Source: an uncultured Nitrososphaerales archaeon (lineage in GTDB: Archaea; Thermoproteota; Nitrososphaeria; Nitrososphaerales; Nitrososphaeraceae). From it: 64,000 nucleotides of DNA. The stretch covers positions 250,561 to 314,560 of the forward strand of contig CAVPXM010000021.1 in assembly GCA_963709405.1 (NCBI GenBank), in the 5' to 3' direction. The notes beneath the pieces were generated by a model. It was not told the DNA's origin, did not search any database, and saw only the letters and a program-made list of their open reading frames with translations. A program made the translations under genes and the position numbers. Below, in pieces: positions 43,738 through 55,832 of the stretch (within the stretch, counting starts at the first letter, position 1; each line of letters starts with the position of its first letter).

Positions 43738-44908
43738 GAGGCTTGGACATAATTGAATTCTATATTTTTCATATATTATTTAGTAACATATTAACTACAT
43801 AACATGTGTTTGATTGATTTTGGTCGTTGACTACGTCTGGTTTTATAATTGTAGTAGACAAGGATTCTGATATAGTAGTACTGACAGAAGTGCTATTCCA
43901 GCAGCCTTCTGGTAGCCTCTTACTGGTAATGGGTCTATTCTAAAAACAGATTTAATATGTTCTATTAGTGGTTCTATCGATTTACTTCTCCAAGAGTAAA
44001 TAGCCTGTCCTAACTCAGATTCATAGAATTGTATCAGCTCAAGTCTGTCAGTAGGGGTATGTTCATATCTTTGTACTGGACATACCAGTTCAAATCCTCT
44101 TTTAGTACTCAAGTCATATAGTTTATGGTCGTCATACCCAGAATCGCCTATCATGAAACATGTTTCTGGAGACAGAGATGATGATGATGATATCATCGGA
44201 TTGTACATTTGATTATCTTGTACATTAGCAGTTGTAAAATCTGCTGCTAATGGGACTATGATGGAACCAGTACTTGATATCATATGTAGTTTGTAACCAA
44301 ATATCCATCCTTTAGCATGGCTGAATCCCCATCTTGCGTCAGTATCTATGCCAGAACGTGGTACTATACCTTTGTTCATAGATGATTTGTGCCAAACATG
44401 TCCTTTGGCTTTCAGTAAAGTACTATCTATTGCAACAATGTATGGATCTATCATCTTTTCGTATACAAACATGCAGGTCATGACAGTAATCCTTTTTTTG
44501 ATGTCTATGGATATGGTCTTAAGTCGTCTGTCAAATGTTCGCCTGTCTGGTATTTGGGTAAGACCACATCTTTTCATTATCTTCTTATTGTAAGGATAAT
44601 CCAATTCTAGGAATTCATGTAATGCATTGTTAGAATCCAGTCTAAACCATAGCCTAACTATGAAACATCTCAGAATTACAGTAGGAGAATAAACATATGG
44701 TCTGCCCCTTCTTCCCTTTTGCGATTCTGACCACGGTATCGAACCTATCAAGTACAGAATACTAAAAAGAATAGATTCACATTTACTACCATATGCTATC
44801 CTTTGGGAATGTTTGATTATGTTTCATCACAAATTCAGACACTCAAAGATAGCTTTATCCTAATTCATTATAGACATAAAATATGGATCTGGAATATGCC
44901 CAAGCCTC
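43738..44908 (-). mobile_element. DDE_Tnp_1-type IS (IS5/IS982-like); transposase 43843-44751
   Basis: TIR GAGGCTTGG(A/G)CATA; 8-bp TSD ATATAATT; AIDSTLL, DARWG, GYKLH, GDSGYD, IEPL motifs. Confidence 0.9.
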
Positions 44909-45495
44909 ATATAATTAATGAATTTGAGCTATAGTTATAGTATGTTACCAATGAGAAAAGCTGAGCAAGTCAGGGCAATGCAAATGACACGAGAGTACAG
45001 ACTAATTTAGCATTAAACTTTGTTGTTACTGAGAGTACGACACTTTTCAATATGTAACCAAGGATAATCGTATTAAAGATATTCATATAAAATGCCAATT
45101 CTGCAAGTCTGGCAAAATCAAAATAAGGCAAAATTGTGAGTACAAACAGGAACTATGAAGTCATCAAAATTAATGCTACGAATAGGCTGCCAGTCACAAC
45201 ATTTCTTGACCTATTACTAAGACAAGCATGAGACTATACATGCAACACGTACTGTCAGTATCGAAAATGTTCTAACACACCAAGAAGTTTTATACTTTAT
45301 GAATAAATCCAATTGTCAAATTCAATGTTATTAACATGCATTATCATAATTGTACATTGAATATAGAGAAGTTATATAGTACAAGATTCTATAATATAGA
45401 ATGGTCGACGATGAGACAGTATATTTACATTGCTGTTGTCTCTTTTTAAATAAGTTAAATCAGAAAACATCCTTTATCAAAGAGCAATCACTCTT

Positions 45496-45804
45496 GTGGA
45501 GGATGCAGTGGATATTGTAAGTATCCTTCAAACTAGCGTAGAAAAAGATGAGGACACAAATATCTATAACAATGGTAGCAAAGAGTCATACAGACAACCG
45601 TTACATTTCTTAATATGCGACTCCTGTTTTTGGTGTGCTTCTTGTATTAGATTGGATGCCTTAGATGTCAAATGTCCTTCCTGTAATGGTAATAAAGTAG
45701 AATGGATGCCAATCAATGATGGCGAAATTCATAAAGTTTATTATTATCGTAAAGACTTGAGGGTACGAGAATTCTTCTTTGATTCACGGGATGGGATTAC
45801 GTAA
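45496..45804 (+). CDS. Zinc-ribbon protein
   Basis: FLICDSCFWCAS...CPSC. Confidence 0.75.
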   Translation: MEDAVDIVSILQTSVEKDEDTNIYNNGSKESYRQPLHFLICDSCFWCASCIRLDALDVKCPSCNGNKVEWMPINDGEIHKVYYYRKDLRVREFFFDSRDGIT

Positions 45805-45839
45805 AATAAGGATAAGAAGGAGGTAACAAACAGAACTAA

Positions 45840-46094
45840 ATGAATATCGGTGAATCAGAGGTTCTTCTAACAATGGTTGCAAAAACATGTGGCTGCGCTG
45901 AAACAAGTAAACGTAAAATAACATACGCGCTCATCGATTCTTATCATAGTCTTTGTCTAGTTAAGAAGGACATTATCCGATCTGAATTATTAGCATGCGA
46001 AAAGTTTCTAAAATACACTACAGAGGAAAACGATAAACAAATCATTGAAAAAGAAATAGCAGAACTAAAGATGACATTGGATCTGTTGTCTTGA
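45840..46094 (+). CDS. Conserved hypothetical protein
   Basis: AKTCGC..DSYHSLC..ACEKFLKY..EKEIAELKMTLDLL. Confidence 0.75.
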   Translation: MNIGESEVLLTMVAKTCGCAETSKRKITYALIDSYHSLCLVKKDIIRSELLACEKFLKYTTEENDKQIIEKEIAELKMTLDLLS

Positions 46095-46580
46095 AAGGAC
46101 GTAGATTGCTACCATAAGGATGTATGTATTTGGACTGGATAAGCCTAAGTGGCTGATATCATAAGACTAGTGTAAAACAACTCATCCAACATGATAGCCT
46201 CTAGAAAGTTCAGAACTATAACCGCAGAGTATTAGTAAATGGTTAACTATCGTTTTGTCTTATTACATTCCTTATTTGTAAAGTCTCTGCATTTATTGTC
46301 ATGCATCCAACGACCATTCATAAAAACTTCTAGGTGTTTGATATTATCCCTATTTTCTACAACTCTTTGGTATCCATTCTTGGGGTTGGTATGGTTAAGC
46401 CCACCTAAGCGGCTAGCATAATAATTTATCATGTTAATATTGCTCAGTGCTTGCTTAAGAACTAATCACTATTTCATTCTATGTTACAGTCCTAATTGGG
46501 TATGTCCTTCTTTTTTTGAAATACTTTTCGTTTGATTATGTGAAAGTAGTCAAATATCCCATCAGGGAATGAGGTTATAC

Positions 46581-47543
46581 GGCTCTGTAGAAACCATGTT
46601 TTGAACACCGTTAGAGCTTTGTAGGAGCACAATGCAATATGGATGTTGAAAGAATCAAGATATGTTAGACTGGCTAGCAAATACTATGTACCGTGTTTTG
46701 AGAAATTCAAGGATACCATTGTTTCTTCACAGGAAGAGTAACCATGTCTTTACGATGTGGCAGCATTTAGTATTGCTCACAATAAGACAGTACGAAGGTA
46801 AGAAAGAGTTATAGGATGTTTGTCGAGTGGTTAATCGAAGCCTATTACCTAAGATTATTTTTAGGATTATCACGTATTCCTCATTTTACAACATTGCAGA
46901 AATTTACAGAAAGAATTAACAATGCATTGCTTGAAAAGATAATTTCGTCATTCATTGTAATTAGCGGTACCAAGCATATCTTTGTAGGAATAGATTCGAC
47001 AGGATTCAACATGACTCATGCATCCCAGTACTATACTGATCGAACAGGGTTGAGAAGAAAATATGCGAAATTATCTATTGGAGCCGATGTATTACAACAA
47101 ATCATATGTACAATTAAGATAAGACGAGCTCCAACAAGACATGATAATATAGATTTCAAGCCAATCCTAACAAGAATAGCTGAAATTCTACCATTATCTG
47201 TAGTTACAGCTGATAAGGGTTACGATAGTGAAGAGAATCATCTTTTGGTAAGAGAACGCTTACATGCATTCAGTATAATCCCAGCTAGATACGAACACGT
47301 GCCAATATGGAGGACATATGGTAAATACAGAAAAGAGATGAAACGTGGCTATTCCAAATTGCTGTACAATCAACGAAACAAGAAGGATGAAACCATAATG
47401 TCTGTCATAAAACGACTGTTTGGAGAGCATCTGATATCTAGACTGACTAGAACACAGAACAGAGAATTGTCATTCAAATGCATAACCTACAACATGCATA
47501 GACTGACTAATCTGATAATATTGATGATGCTTTCTACAAAGCC
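46581..47543 (+). mobile_element. IS5-family element; transposase frameshifted at 5' end and reading through the right TIR
   Basis: TIR GGCT(C/T)TGTAGAAA; 9-bp TSD AGGTTATAC; PHFTTLQKF, GIDSTGF, ADKGYDSE, ETIMSVIKRLFG. Confidence 0.9.
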
Positions 47544-47936
47544 AGGTTATACATATGTTCAATCAGAAATTTGTCTAATATATCTGTTGAAACATACCTC
47601 GTAGTTAACATATCCAATAGTTTAATTTTTAAACTAACCTCAACCACATATTAGAATAATTGTAAATGGTCATAACGGCCCAAAGGGATAACAGGACAAT
47701 GTCGTCCATTCATTAACTTGCAATTCTAAAGGTTTTTGCGCCCTATTATGATAATTATTATTCACTCATTCATTGAAAATTCCAATCAGGGCTACCACCA
47801 ATGAAACTGCAATTATACCTGCTGCAACGATTATGAATTTTGAGTTATTATTCATCTATCAATATAGGCGCCGTGTCTTAAGAACATATCGTATAGCCTA
47901 CTCCCCATTCATATATGCCCCAAGTTGACCATATTC

Positions 47937-48906
47937 TCATACTCCCTTGATCCCTTGTGCAACAAGTATTGAATAACAACCAAGCCCACATTGTTCACAA
48001 ATTGGCTTCAATCCTTTGTTATCTGCACTTCCTATACAACATGGCTCGCTTTATCCTTCCCATATGATCTAATGAAAGGATAGCCCACGAAGGACAATCA
48101 ACTGGTGTAGTACCGCGTCCTCCCCAATTGCCTTTCATTAAGCTTAACTGTTTCTCCCCGTTAATAACAAATGATGGATAAGTTTTTCTCAATTCAATAA
48201 GCTTATCTACGACTTGGTTTCGAATATCTCCAAACGGCAACCACAAAGGATCTTCCTTGATGAAAGGTGTATGGAATTGGAAGCCTATCTTATTCACTTT
48301 ACCATTCCACTCGTGTACCAAATCTTCAACACAAGCATAATTTAAGGAATTAATGGTCATAGTAATCCAAATATCTTTCCACAAAGGTTTACCGTTACGG
48401 TCTGGACCTTCTGAAATATAGTCCAAGATATTTTGCTTGGTCAGTGCATAGGATCCCTTTCCCCTAATTTTATCGTGAATCTTTTCAGTACCATCCAACG
48501 AAACCCAGTAAAAATACAGATTTTCAAATCTTTTTAGGGGGAATGTTCCATTTGTTACAACACATACTCTTCTTGGCATTTCCTCACAGAAAACCTCGAT
48601 AATGTCAGGACGCATAGTTGGCTCGCCACCCACCAATGTAACGACAAATACTTTTTGTTTTTTGAAAGTATTTCTGATTATTTCCTTCCAGTCTTTCACA
48701 CTTAGATCTGATTCATTTTTCCTATTCAGCCACCAATAACAGTGACTACAATGTAAATTACAGACATTATTAACATCTACCGAGCCGTATAGCACTGGTT
48801 TTGCCTTGAATAGCCTAATTGAACTATATTTTTTGAATATGCTTATGAAATATGGTAATTCACGTAAGATATCAGTTATACCGCGTCCATAAATAATGTC
48901 TACCAT
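47937..48906 (-). CDS. Radical SAM protein with C-terminal Cys-rich (SPASM/twitch-like) region; frameshift near 48050
   Basis: CNLHCSHCY, GGEP, TNG, SLDG; continuation PCCIGSAD..PICEQCGLGCYS in another frame. Confidence 0.85.
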
Positions 48907-49259
48907 TATATTATCTCTTGCTCCCTTCTACCCATGATAGATGATAATATTAATGATAGATAAGCATTAATGCAATACTTGATATAATAATCGATGCATT
49001 ACACCATATAACCACTATAAATGCAACATTGTATCGACAAGAGTTAATTAAGTTAATTAAGAAAAGACCTTAGCAAAATACGAAAAGATAGACACATGCA
49101 ATATAGGAGTAATACACAAGTACCAACGTATAAAGTGGCTGTAAGAGCAAAATTGAGCTACGGAACTCTTACATTATAATATCGATGATAAAGAGATATA
49201 ACAACACCTAGCCTATCAAACTTCAGGTCTAAAAGTGTAATAAAAGATATATTTCTATT

Positions 49260-50210
49260 TCAATTCAGATGCAATTGAATTTTAATATCTTGCAATCTAT
49301 TTCTTAGTGTCACTTCAGTTATTCCTGCAGCATCTGCGATGGCCTTTTGACTTGTATTCTCGTCTGCCCTATCACATGATATATACAATACTGTTGCTGC
49401 AAGTCCCATAGGATTTTTCCCGGCACTTAACCCTTTTTTCATAACCCTGCCCATCAGATTTATTGCCTTATATTTTGCTTTTTGACTTAGGCTAGCTTTA
49501 TTTGCTATCATGACAATACATTTTGTTATATCAACGATTGGAATCTTATAGTCAAGCTCAAGTATTAGGGTTCTATAGCATCGCCTAACAGACTTGCGTT
49601 TGATATTACTAACTATTGCTAGTTCATTTAGTGTTCTTGGTATTCCCATTTCCCTGTAAGCAAGGTAAACAACAGCAGGTAAGAAAGCGGATATATCTCT
49701 ACCACGCACGAGTCCTCTCTCACGAGCTTTTCTATAAATATATGCAGCCTTCTCTACTATTAGATTCGATAGGCCCATCTTGCTTTTTAATATATTAAGT
49801 TGGTCGAAAGCACGTTTAAATCGTCTCTCAGCAGCAACCTGTGTTCTAATATCACAAATCCTTAACCTTTCCATTTGAGGGCGTAGAGCAGGATTGATTT
49901 CATTTCCATTGACATCCTTATTCGTCCTTCCTATAATGGTAGATAGTCCCATATCATGTCGAGCTAAGGTTGTTGGCAATCCTATTCTACGCCTATTATT
50001 ACAACCTTGTTCCATTTCGAAAGAACGCCATTCTGGTCTGGCACTATCTTGAATATTTTCAGCAATTACCATACCGCAATTATTGCAAATAATCTCGCCA
50101 GACTGAGGATCTGTGATAGTCGTTGTCCCTCTGTGAGAAGGATGACGATCTTTCCGATCATTACGACTAATACATACTGGGCAAGCCACACTGGATATTT
50201 CGTTTTTCAC
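49260..50210 (-). CDS. tfb: Transcription initiation factor IIB paralog
   Basis: Zn ribbon CPVC..GEIICNNCG, PEWR, HDMGLST, GKNPMGLAA, GITEVTLRNR. Confidence 0.93.
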   Translation of the reverse strand: MKNEISSVACPVCISRNDRKDRHPSHRGTTTITDPQSGEIICNNCGMVIAENIQDSARPEWRSFEMEQGCNNRRRIGLPTTLARHDMGLSTIIGRTNKDVNGNEINPALRPQMERLRICDIRTQVAAERRFKRAFDQLNILKSKMGLSNLIVEKAAYIYRKARERGLVRGRDISAFLPAVVYLAYREMGIPRTLNELAIVSNIKRKSVRRCYRTLILELDYKIPIVDITKCIVMIANKASLSQKAKYKAINLMGRVMKKGLSAGKNPMGLAATVLYISCDRADENTSQKAIADAAGITEVTLRNRLQDIKIQLHLN

Positions 50211-50325
50211 TATTATGCATTATGAGGATAAAGAAAATATTTGGAATATATATGATCGACTAAATCAGCTACTTAAACTTTAATTGTTTTATCAATATCT
50301 AAATGTCACGAAGTTAGCGATAACT

Positions 50326-50634
50326 CTATGGTTGATACTGAAAATGTTTCTCTAGTTCGTATAACCTTTCCATAGAAGTATAATTCTTTCTAAGCTCAGT
50401 GAAGGATGAATCATTTCGAATTTTTTGTAAAAGCAAGAGAACTTGTTCATTTGTAGCGCCTTGCTTTATGTCGTAGTTTATTTGTCTACAAACATTAGTT
50501 ATTTTGCCATAACGTTTATTCATTCTTTTTTCCCACGAAGTAGCATTTTCTGATATTCCAATTATAAACTTTAAAACTATCTTTTCCATGTGTTTAACAT
50601 GCCAGTCAATTAATGGAAAGCTATTTTGGATCAA
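50326..50634 (-). CDS. Conserved hypothetical protein
   Basis: 102 aa ORF; RQINYDIKQGAT motif. Confidence 0.65.
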   Translation of the reverse strand: MIQNSFPLIDWHVKHMEKIVLKFIIGISENATSWEKRMNKRYGKITNVCRQINYDIKQGATNEQVLLLLQKIRNDSSFTELRKNYTSMERLYELEKHFQYQP

Positions 50635-50707
50635 AAATCAGTGTCACACAATATTGTTATAATATAAGCTAAGCTGACATATATGTTAGTATGGTTTGAA
50701 ATTAATA

Positions 50708-51030
50708 GGCTCTGTCAACTTAAGTTCCTTGATTTTAGTGGTACTGACTATAGTCTGATATGTTCTAATGTATTCTTATGATATTAGTGAAATGCATCAG
50801 GACACATCCAACTGTAATGGCATATGGTCTACACTTTCATTTTAATTCTAGAAGTTAGTTACAGATCTGCCTGAAATCACCGGAAGCACCAATAAATGGA
50901 CAAATATATGTAGCTATTTGAATGGTGTACAGAAGTACATCAATAGCGTATAGATTCATAATAGGAAGGAGGAGCGTATCACAGATTTTTGTTGACGAGA
51001 CTTTGATTAAGAAAAATGGTCGACTTTACT
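50708..51030 (+). mobile_element. IS6-family remnant
   Basis: GGCTCTGTCAACTTAAG resembles the IS6 TIR at 55833; decayed IFVDETLIK. Confidence 0.6.
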
Positions 51031-51960
51031 ATACTGCCTAACATAATTTGATGCAACTGTCTGATGGTCTTGGCCAATACAAATTTAGCTTGAGGGCATT
51101 GTGTACCTAATCTGTTGGCGACTGCAGCTTTGAGCAACGCCTATAGAAATGAAAAAGATGCTGACCTAAGGGAAAGAATTCTACTAGTAAGGCTTGTTAG
51201 AGAAGATAAGAAAGAAGCATCCAGTGTAGCTGAAAAGGAATTCCATAGATCTAGATGGTGGGCTTACAAATGGCTCAAGAGATTTGATAATTCTGGTTTG
51301 GAAGGACTAAAGAATAAGCATAGAAGTGGTAGACCTCCAGAAGTGTCGGAAGAAACATCTACCAAGATAAGAAAAGAATAGTCATAAAATCAATCAGGAT
51401 GGATGGCTAAAGAAGTCATGAATTTGATATATGAAAGAACATGAGTCAAATATCATGAAGTTCATATCTACAGACTATTACATAGATGGGGTTTCAGTCC
51501 TAAAGTACCAAGAATGAAATTTGTTAATGCTGCCATCAAAGCAAGAGAAAAACGAGTTTCGAAAAAGGCAAGAAGGATAATCTCACGAATACCTCAAGGC
51601 TTTACCATCACAGTTATGGACGAATCCATCTTTATACATGATTCTTTGGTTCGAAGGAAGATGTGGACTGCAGATAGAATAAGACCAATTGTAACTATTA
51701 CTGGATCACACCAAAGGACCTGTGTATTTGGTGCTCTGTGTATAGACGGAAGACAGTTCTTTCGTCAGTATGAATCCTTTAACCAATACACCTTTCTGGA
51801 TTATCTCATACAATTGCAAAGAAGGTTTGGAAAACTAATATTGTTCATAGACAGAGCACGTCAACATCACCGGTCCATCATGGTAAGAGAATACATAGAG
51901 CAAAACAAAGACGTTCTAAAAGTAATATATTTTCCAAAAGGTTCGTCTGAATTTAATGCT
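51030..51960 (+). mobile_element. IS630-family element, degenerate and 3'-truncated
   Basis: HTH ORF 51115-51381 with internal stops; MDESIF, TCVFGAL, FIDRARQH, PKGSSEFN. Confidence 0.85.
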
Positions 51961-51969
51961 AAGTCAAGT

Positions 51970-52788
51970 GTCGTAGTGTCTGTCGTCATTCCAAGTTTCC
52001 AAATCTACTCTCTAGATAACCTGATACTGCAGCTTTCTGTTCTTCTATCTGCGTATAAAATCTGTTTGCACACACATCTGATTTTATCTGCTGGTTTACT
52101 TTCCTTTCATTTGGATTTAGGTATGGTGCTTTCTTTGGTAGGTGAATAATGGTCAGCCAGTCTTCTTCTTTCTGTGCATTGATATAATTCCGTACCATTA
52201 GGCTTACATGGTATGAAGCGTTATCCCATATGAGTATGAGTCTTTTCTACCAATCACTTTTCATAATGTTTCTCTTAGATTCTCCAGATGGTCAATAGTA
52301 TTCGTAGAATTCATTCTATCATCATAGAAATCATACGTCATTAATTTCTCTTCAGGCCATAGCATGGATATATATGCGGAGAACTTCCTTCTACTTCCAT
52401 TATGTTCTATCCTTTGTTGCTGGCCTTCAAAACTCATGGACTTGTGAATACAAGGTTTCTGTGTTATGGTAGTTTCATCTTCAAATGCCATTATAACTCT
52501 CTTTTTTTCAGAGCTGATGCTACATGCTTGTAGTTATCCACTCTCTTTTTCCCTTGTTCATAATCCTCTCCATGTAATAGTTCCAATTTTGGTCTTTTGC
52601 ATCTAATTCCCATATCCTTAGTTATTCTTTGTAGATGTTTGAAACTGATTGGAATATCAAGCTCATCTGTAAGACACCTTGCCAGCGACCTTAGACTCCA
52701 TGTATTCCTTAGATAACCAAAGATATGTGGATCGTTAAACAATGCTGAAAGGATAATCTCTTTATCCCTATCAGTTATCCTAGATTTC
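51970..52788 (-). mobile_element. IS630-family element, 5'-truncated
   Basis: TWSLRSLA, LKKREL slippery site, FEDET, WDNASYH, LPKKAPYLNPNE. Confidence 0.85.
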
Positions 52789-52938
52789 GATCAAATTCTG
52801 GTACAGTTAGTCCGGTAAGTGACCTGAATAACAAAGGCTTTTTGCATAGTCTTCTATATGACATCAAAGAGATATCACATAAATATCCTATATGACGTCG
52901 AATATAGCTGTAAGACTTCTAATTACGCAAGAGATCTA
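52789..52938 (-). mobile_element. 150-bp left-end copy of the ISL2-like IS5 element at 33789-34842
   Basis: Near-identical to 34696-34844 including TIR (1 SNP, 1 indel). Confidence 0.9.
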
Positions 52939-53000
52939 TTATCTATCCCTGAAATTACTAATATTAGTGTATAATTATAGAGATATAGTAAGAGAGTAGC

Positions 53001-53056
53001 ATAGGTAGAATAGGTAGAATAGGTAGTAGGCGTGAACTAGGGACACTAGGGACACT
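53001..53056. repeat. Short 9-bp tandem repeats (ATAGGTAGA x3; CTAGGGACA x2)
   Basis: Direct reading of sequence. Confidence 0.7.
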
Positions 53057-53577
53057 TGTTTAAAACATAAACCAGCAGGTTCTATCAGTTATGCCTGCGC
53101 AATGAATTATTTCTGTCTATAATTTTATTGATATCCTCTTCTCTGCTTGTTAGAGATTCAGAAAATAAGCTAAATGAGGCCAAGATTAATCTGCTAGAAG
53201 TTGGAATTATGGTTGAGACCAGAAAATAAAGCAATTATTCTAACGATGTTATTTTAATGAAGCAAATGTTAGCGAGGAGGAAACTGGTAATTCATCATTA
53301 CAAAGTTTTCCGTATAGTTCCCCGTCTGAAAATAACCAAATTCACACTCAAATCGCTAGTGATAAAGTGGAGAAACCCGACGGGGATGTTAAGGGGGCGT
53401 GCCTACTCATGTTCCACGTATATGATGTTTCATCGATAGATACAGAAAGTGAGGCAGACAAAGTCTGCTCGATAACTGAATTCTTTTCTGATGATCCGAA
53501 TATACCATACATACATCCAGCTTACTGGACATGATTTAGACCAAAGTCCATGTTATCATTGTCGATTCTGCAGGACA

Positions 53578-53692
53578 ATATCAGGCGTTCTTTTAACAGT
53601 TGGAAGATACTTGGCCCTGCCCTGTCGTAACTCACACTTATGAGGAAAACGCTCTCAAGCTATATGTCTATCTATTTTTGGGATGGGTTGTA
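53578..53692 (-). mobile_element. IS5-family left-end remnant
   Basis: TACAACCCATCCCAAAAATAGATAGACATATAGCTTGAGAG homologous to the ends at 5122 and 28028. Confidence 0.7.
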
Positions 53693-53787
53693 AGTCAGAA
53701 CGTTTGTAGCAAAACCATAATTTTGTTATAAATTCGCAATATTGTCGTAAAAATAAAAAAGATAACGTTATTACAACTACCTAGTTA

Positions 53788-54003
53788 TTATGGTCCCTCA
53801 TGAATGTCTAGATCTCCTGTAAAAGTACATGATATACTTCCACCAGTTGCTCCTAGCCCACCTGGCCCACCCTGTGCTCCAGCAGCACCGAATCCTAGTC
53901 CTAATCCAATGCCGAAACCTGTGCCTCCTCCAGTTTTACCAGTACCTGTTCCTGTTCCTGCACCACCATTTCACCAATATCATTAGGATTATTTTTGCCC
54001 ATA
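53788..54003 (-). pseudogene. Gly-rich paralog fragment of 54049-54339
   Basis: NGGAGTGTGTGKTGGGTGFGIGLGLGFGAAGAQGGPGGLGATGGSISCTFTGDLDIHEGP; no signal peptide; frameshift near 5' end. Confidence 0.65.
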
Positions 54004-54048
54004 CTCTAGCCCATGAGCTTTAATAATGCTTTTGAAACGAAGGCCCAT

Positions 54049-54339
54049 CTATCCGACGTTCTGATTTATTTGAATGTCCAGATCTTCTTTAAGGCTACAT
54101 GATACACTTCCACCATTACCACCATGTCCACCATATCCACCATTACCACCATGTCCACCAATACCTGCAGTATTGTGACTACAAGGACTGGCGTGTGCGT
54201 TCTCTGTCATATTAGGGAGTATTGCCAGCGTAGTCATCAAGATTGTTCCTATTGCAATCATCATAGGAATGATAATACCAATTCTATTGGTCATCACTAA
54301 GGAATCATTGATATTGATTTTGTTGTTCATAATTCTCAA
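54049..54339 (-). CDS. Secreted Gly-repeat microprotein
   Basis: Signal peptide ending AHA-SPC; GIGGHGGNGGYGGHGGNGGSVSC. Confidence 0.75.
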   Translation of the reverse strand: MRIMNNKININDSLVMTNRIGIIIPMMIAIGTILMTTLAILPNMTENAHASPCSHNTAGIGGHGGNGGYGGHGGNGGSVSCSLKEDLDIQINQNVG

Positions 54340-54839
54340 TGCTTATTACTCGATTATGGTATATCGGTATTTTGTAAGATAGTAATATGTTGCAATGAAG
54401 TATAAGATTGTTATAGTCACGTGATAGAATAATACAAAGTATTATGTTACATCAAATGATTAATCAGTCCTAATAGCTACAAATTTTCATAATCATAAAT
54501 TTTGATGTTTAATAAGGTATTGAGGTTATGCCGACATGGGAATGGATATAAACATGTAGCGAAAGGAAAAATACGTATTAGTCTATAAGGCAAACAGTCT
54601 TGGACAGGCATAGATTATATCCTTATACTGCCCAATAATTCTTAATAATAAAATTGATGTGTTCCATATCAGCGTACAGATCAAATGTATACTGACTACT
54701 TGGTATAATGATAAAAATTAGATGCAAAACGACTAAGAATTAGGCATTACACTATTGGTAATTCTATGTATCTTCCGGTTCTCTCTCCCTCTCTTATAGG
54801 TATTGTATTTTATAATAAACATAATTTTGAATTCAGGTT

Positions 54840-55142
54840 GTGTCGAAGAAGGGATCGCCCCTGAAGAGATTGCTAATGCAGTAGTTTGGTTATTGTCTGA
54901 TAAGGCATCTTTTGTCTTAGGTCACACATTGTTAATTGATGGGGGAATGGTTAGTAGATGAGTCAAAAGTTGCCGTTGTTACTGGTAGATCAAGTGGCAT
55001 GGGATTTGAAACTTCCCTTATGCTGGCAAGAAGCGGATTTCATACTTTTGCAACAATGCGTAAGATAGACGGAGCAGGAGGATCAAAGGAGATATCAGAC
55101 ATTGCAAAAATGAGAATCTCAAAAGAATCAGTATGGTTATGA
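54840..55142 (+). pseudogene. Two fused SDR fragments (C-terminus of one, N-terminus of another)
   Basis: PEEIANAVVWLLSDKASFVLGHTLLIDGG; KVAVVTGRSSGMGFETSLMLARSGF. Confidence 0.75.
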
Positions 55143-55231
55143 AACACAGTGACCGAGCATCATGACGATTTTTTATGCGTCTTAACCTAACCTCACTTTA
55201 GTAAGCCTATTAACTTTTCTATTACTCCTTA

Positions 55232-55492
55232 TCAATCGTCATCGTATTCTCTGATTTCATTAGCCTCTTCCTCAGATATGACTTTAGTAACAATGGCGGC
55301 CTCTTCGGCACGGTTCTCCCTTTCGTATTTCGTACGAAGATATGATAATGCATGAATCTTATCCCAGCCATTTTCTTTTGCCAATCGCTTAGCCTCTTTT
55401 TTGATGTACTTTTCGCTGTCCGATTCTATAACCTGCCTAAATGTCTTCAATCGTCTCATCGTATTAGAATGTTTTGTGTTTATTGCCGGCAA
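55232..55492 (-). CDS. Hypothetical protein
   Basis: 86 aa charged helical ORF. Confidence 0.6.
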   Translation of the reverse strand: MPAINTKHSNTMRRLKTFRQVIESDSEKYIKKEAKRLAKENGWDKIHALSYLRTKYERENRAEEAAIVTKVISEEEANEIREYDDD

Positions 55493-55832
55493 TTTGTAAA
55501 TTGTGGTATAATGAACTGCTGATACGAGCTGTTAATCGGTTAAGTGCAGATTTATATGAATACCTGCTAAATGATCACCTTCCTTACTTACGGTCACAAT
55601 ATTATTACTGTTATTCGAGTACTCTCACAGTTGTTATAGTATATACAAATAAACCATTTCCGAGCTGAAGTGATTTTTTTGCTTTATGATACTAGATGAA
55701 GAACAATTAACCGGCCTGACATACAAATATGTGTGAAATCATCTTAGACAGTATGAAGAATAATATAACATATACATTCAGAAAGCACGTAAAGAAGTCT
55801 ACGCATGTAATATATGTATAGAGTGATAAAAT

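Noticed and set aside
53350-53480. Possible ribozyme (GCAGAC-AAA-GTCTGC hairpin, GC-rich)
   Set aside because: No hammerhead CUGANGA/GAAA core; region lies in an open frame of about 95 codons that looks like a decayed protein fragment
53804-53986. Pro-rich ORF on + strand
   Set aside because: Antisense shadow of the Gly-rich minus-strand fragment
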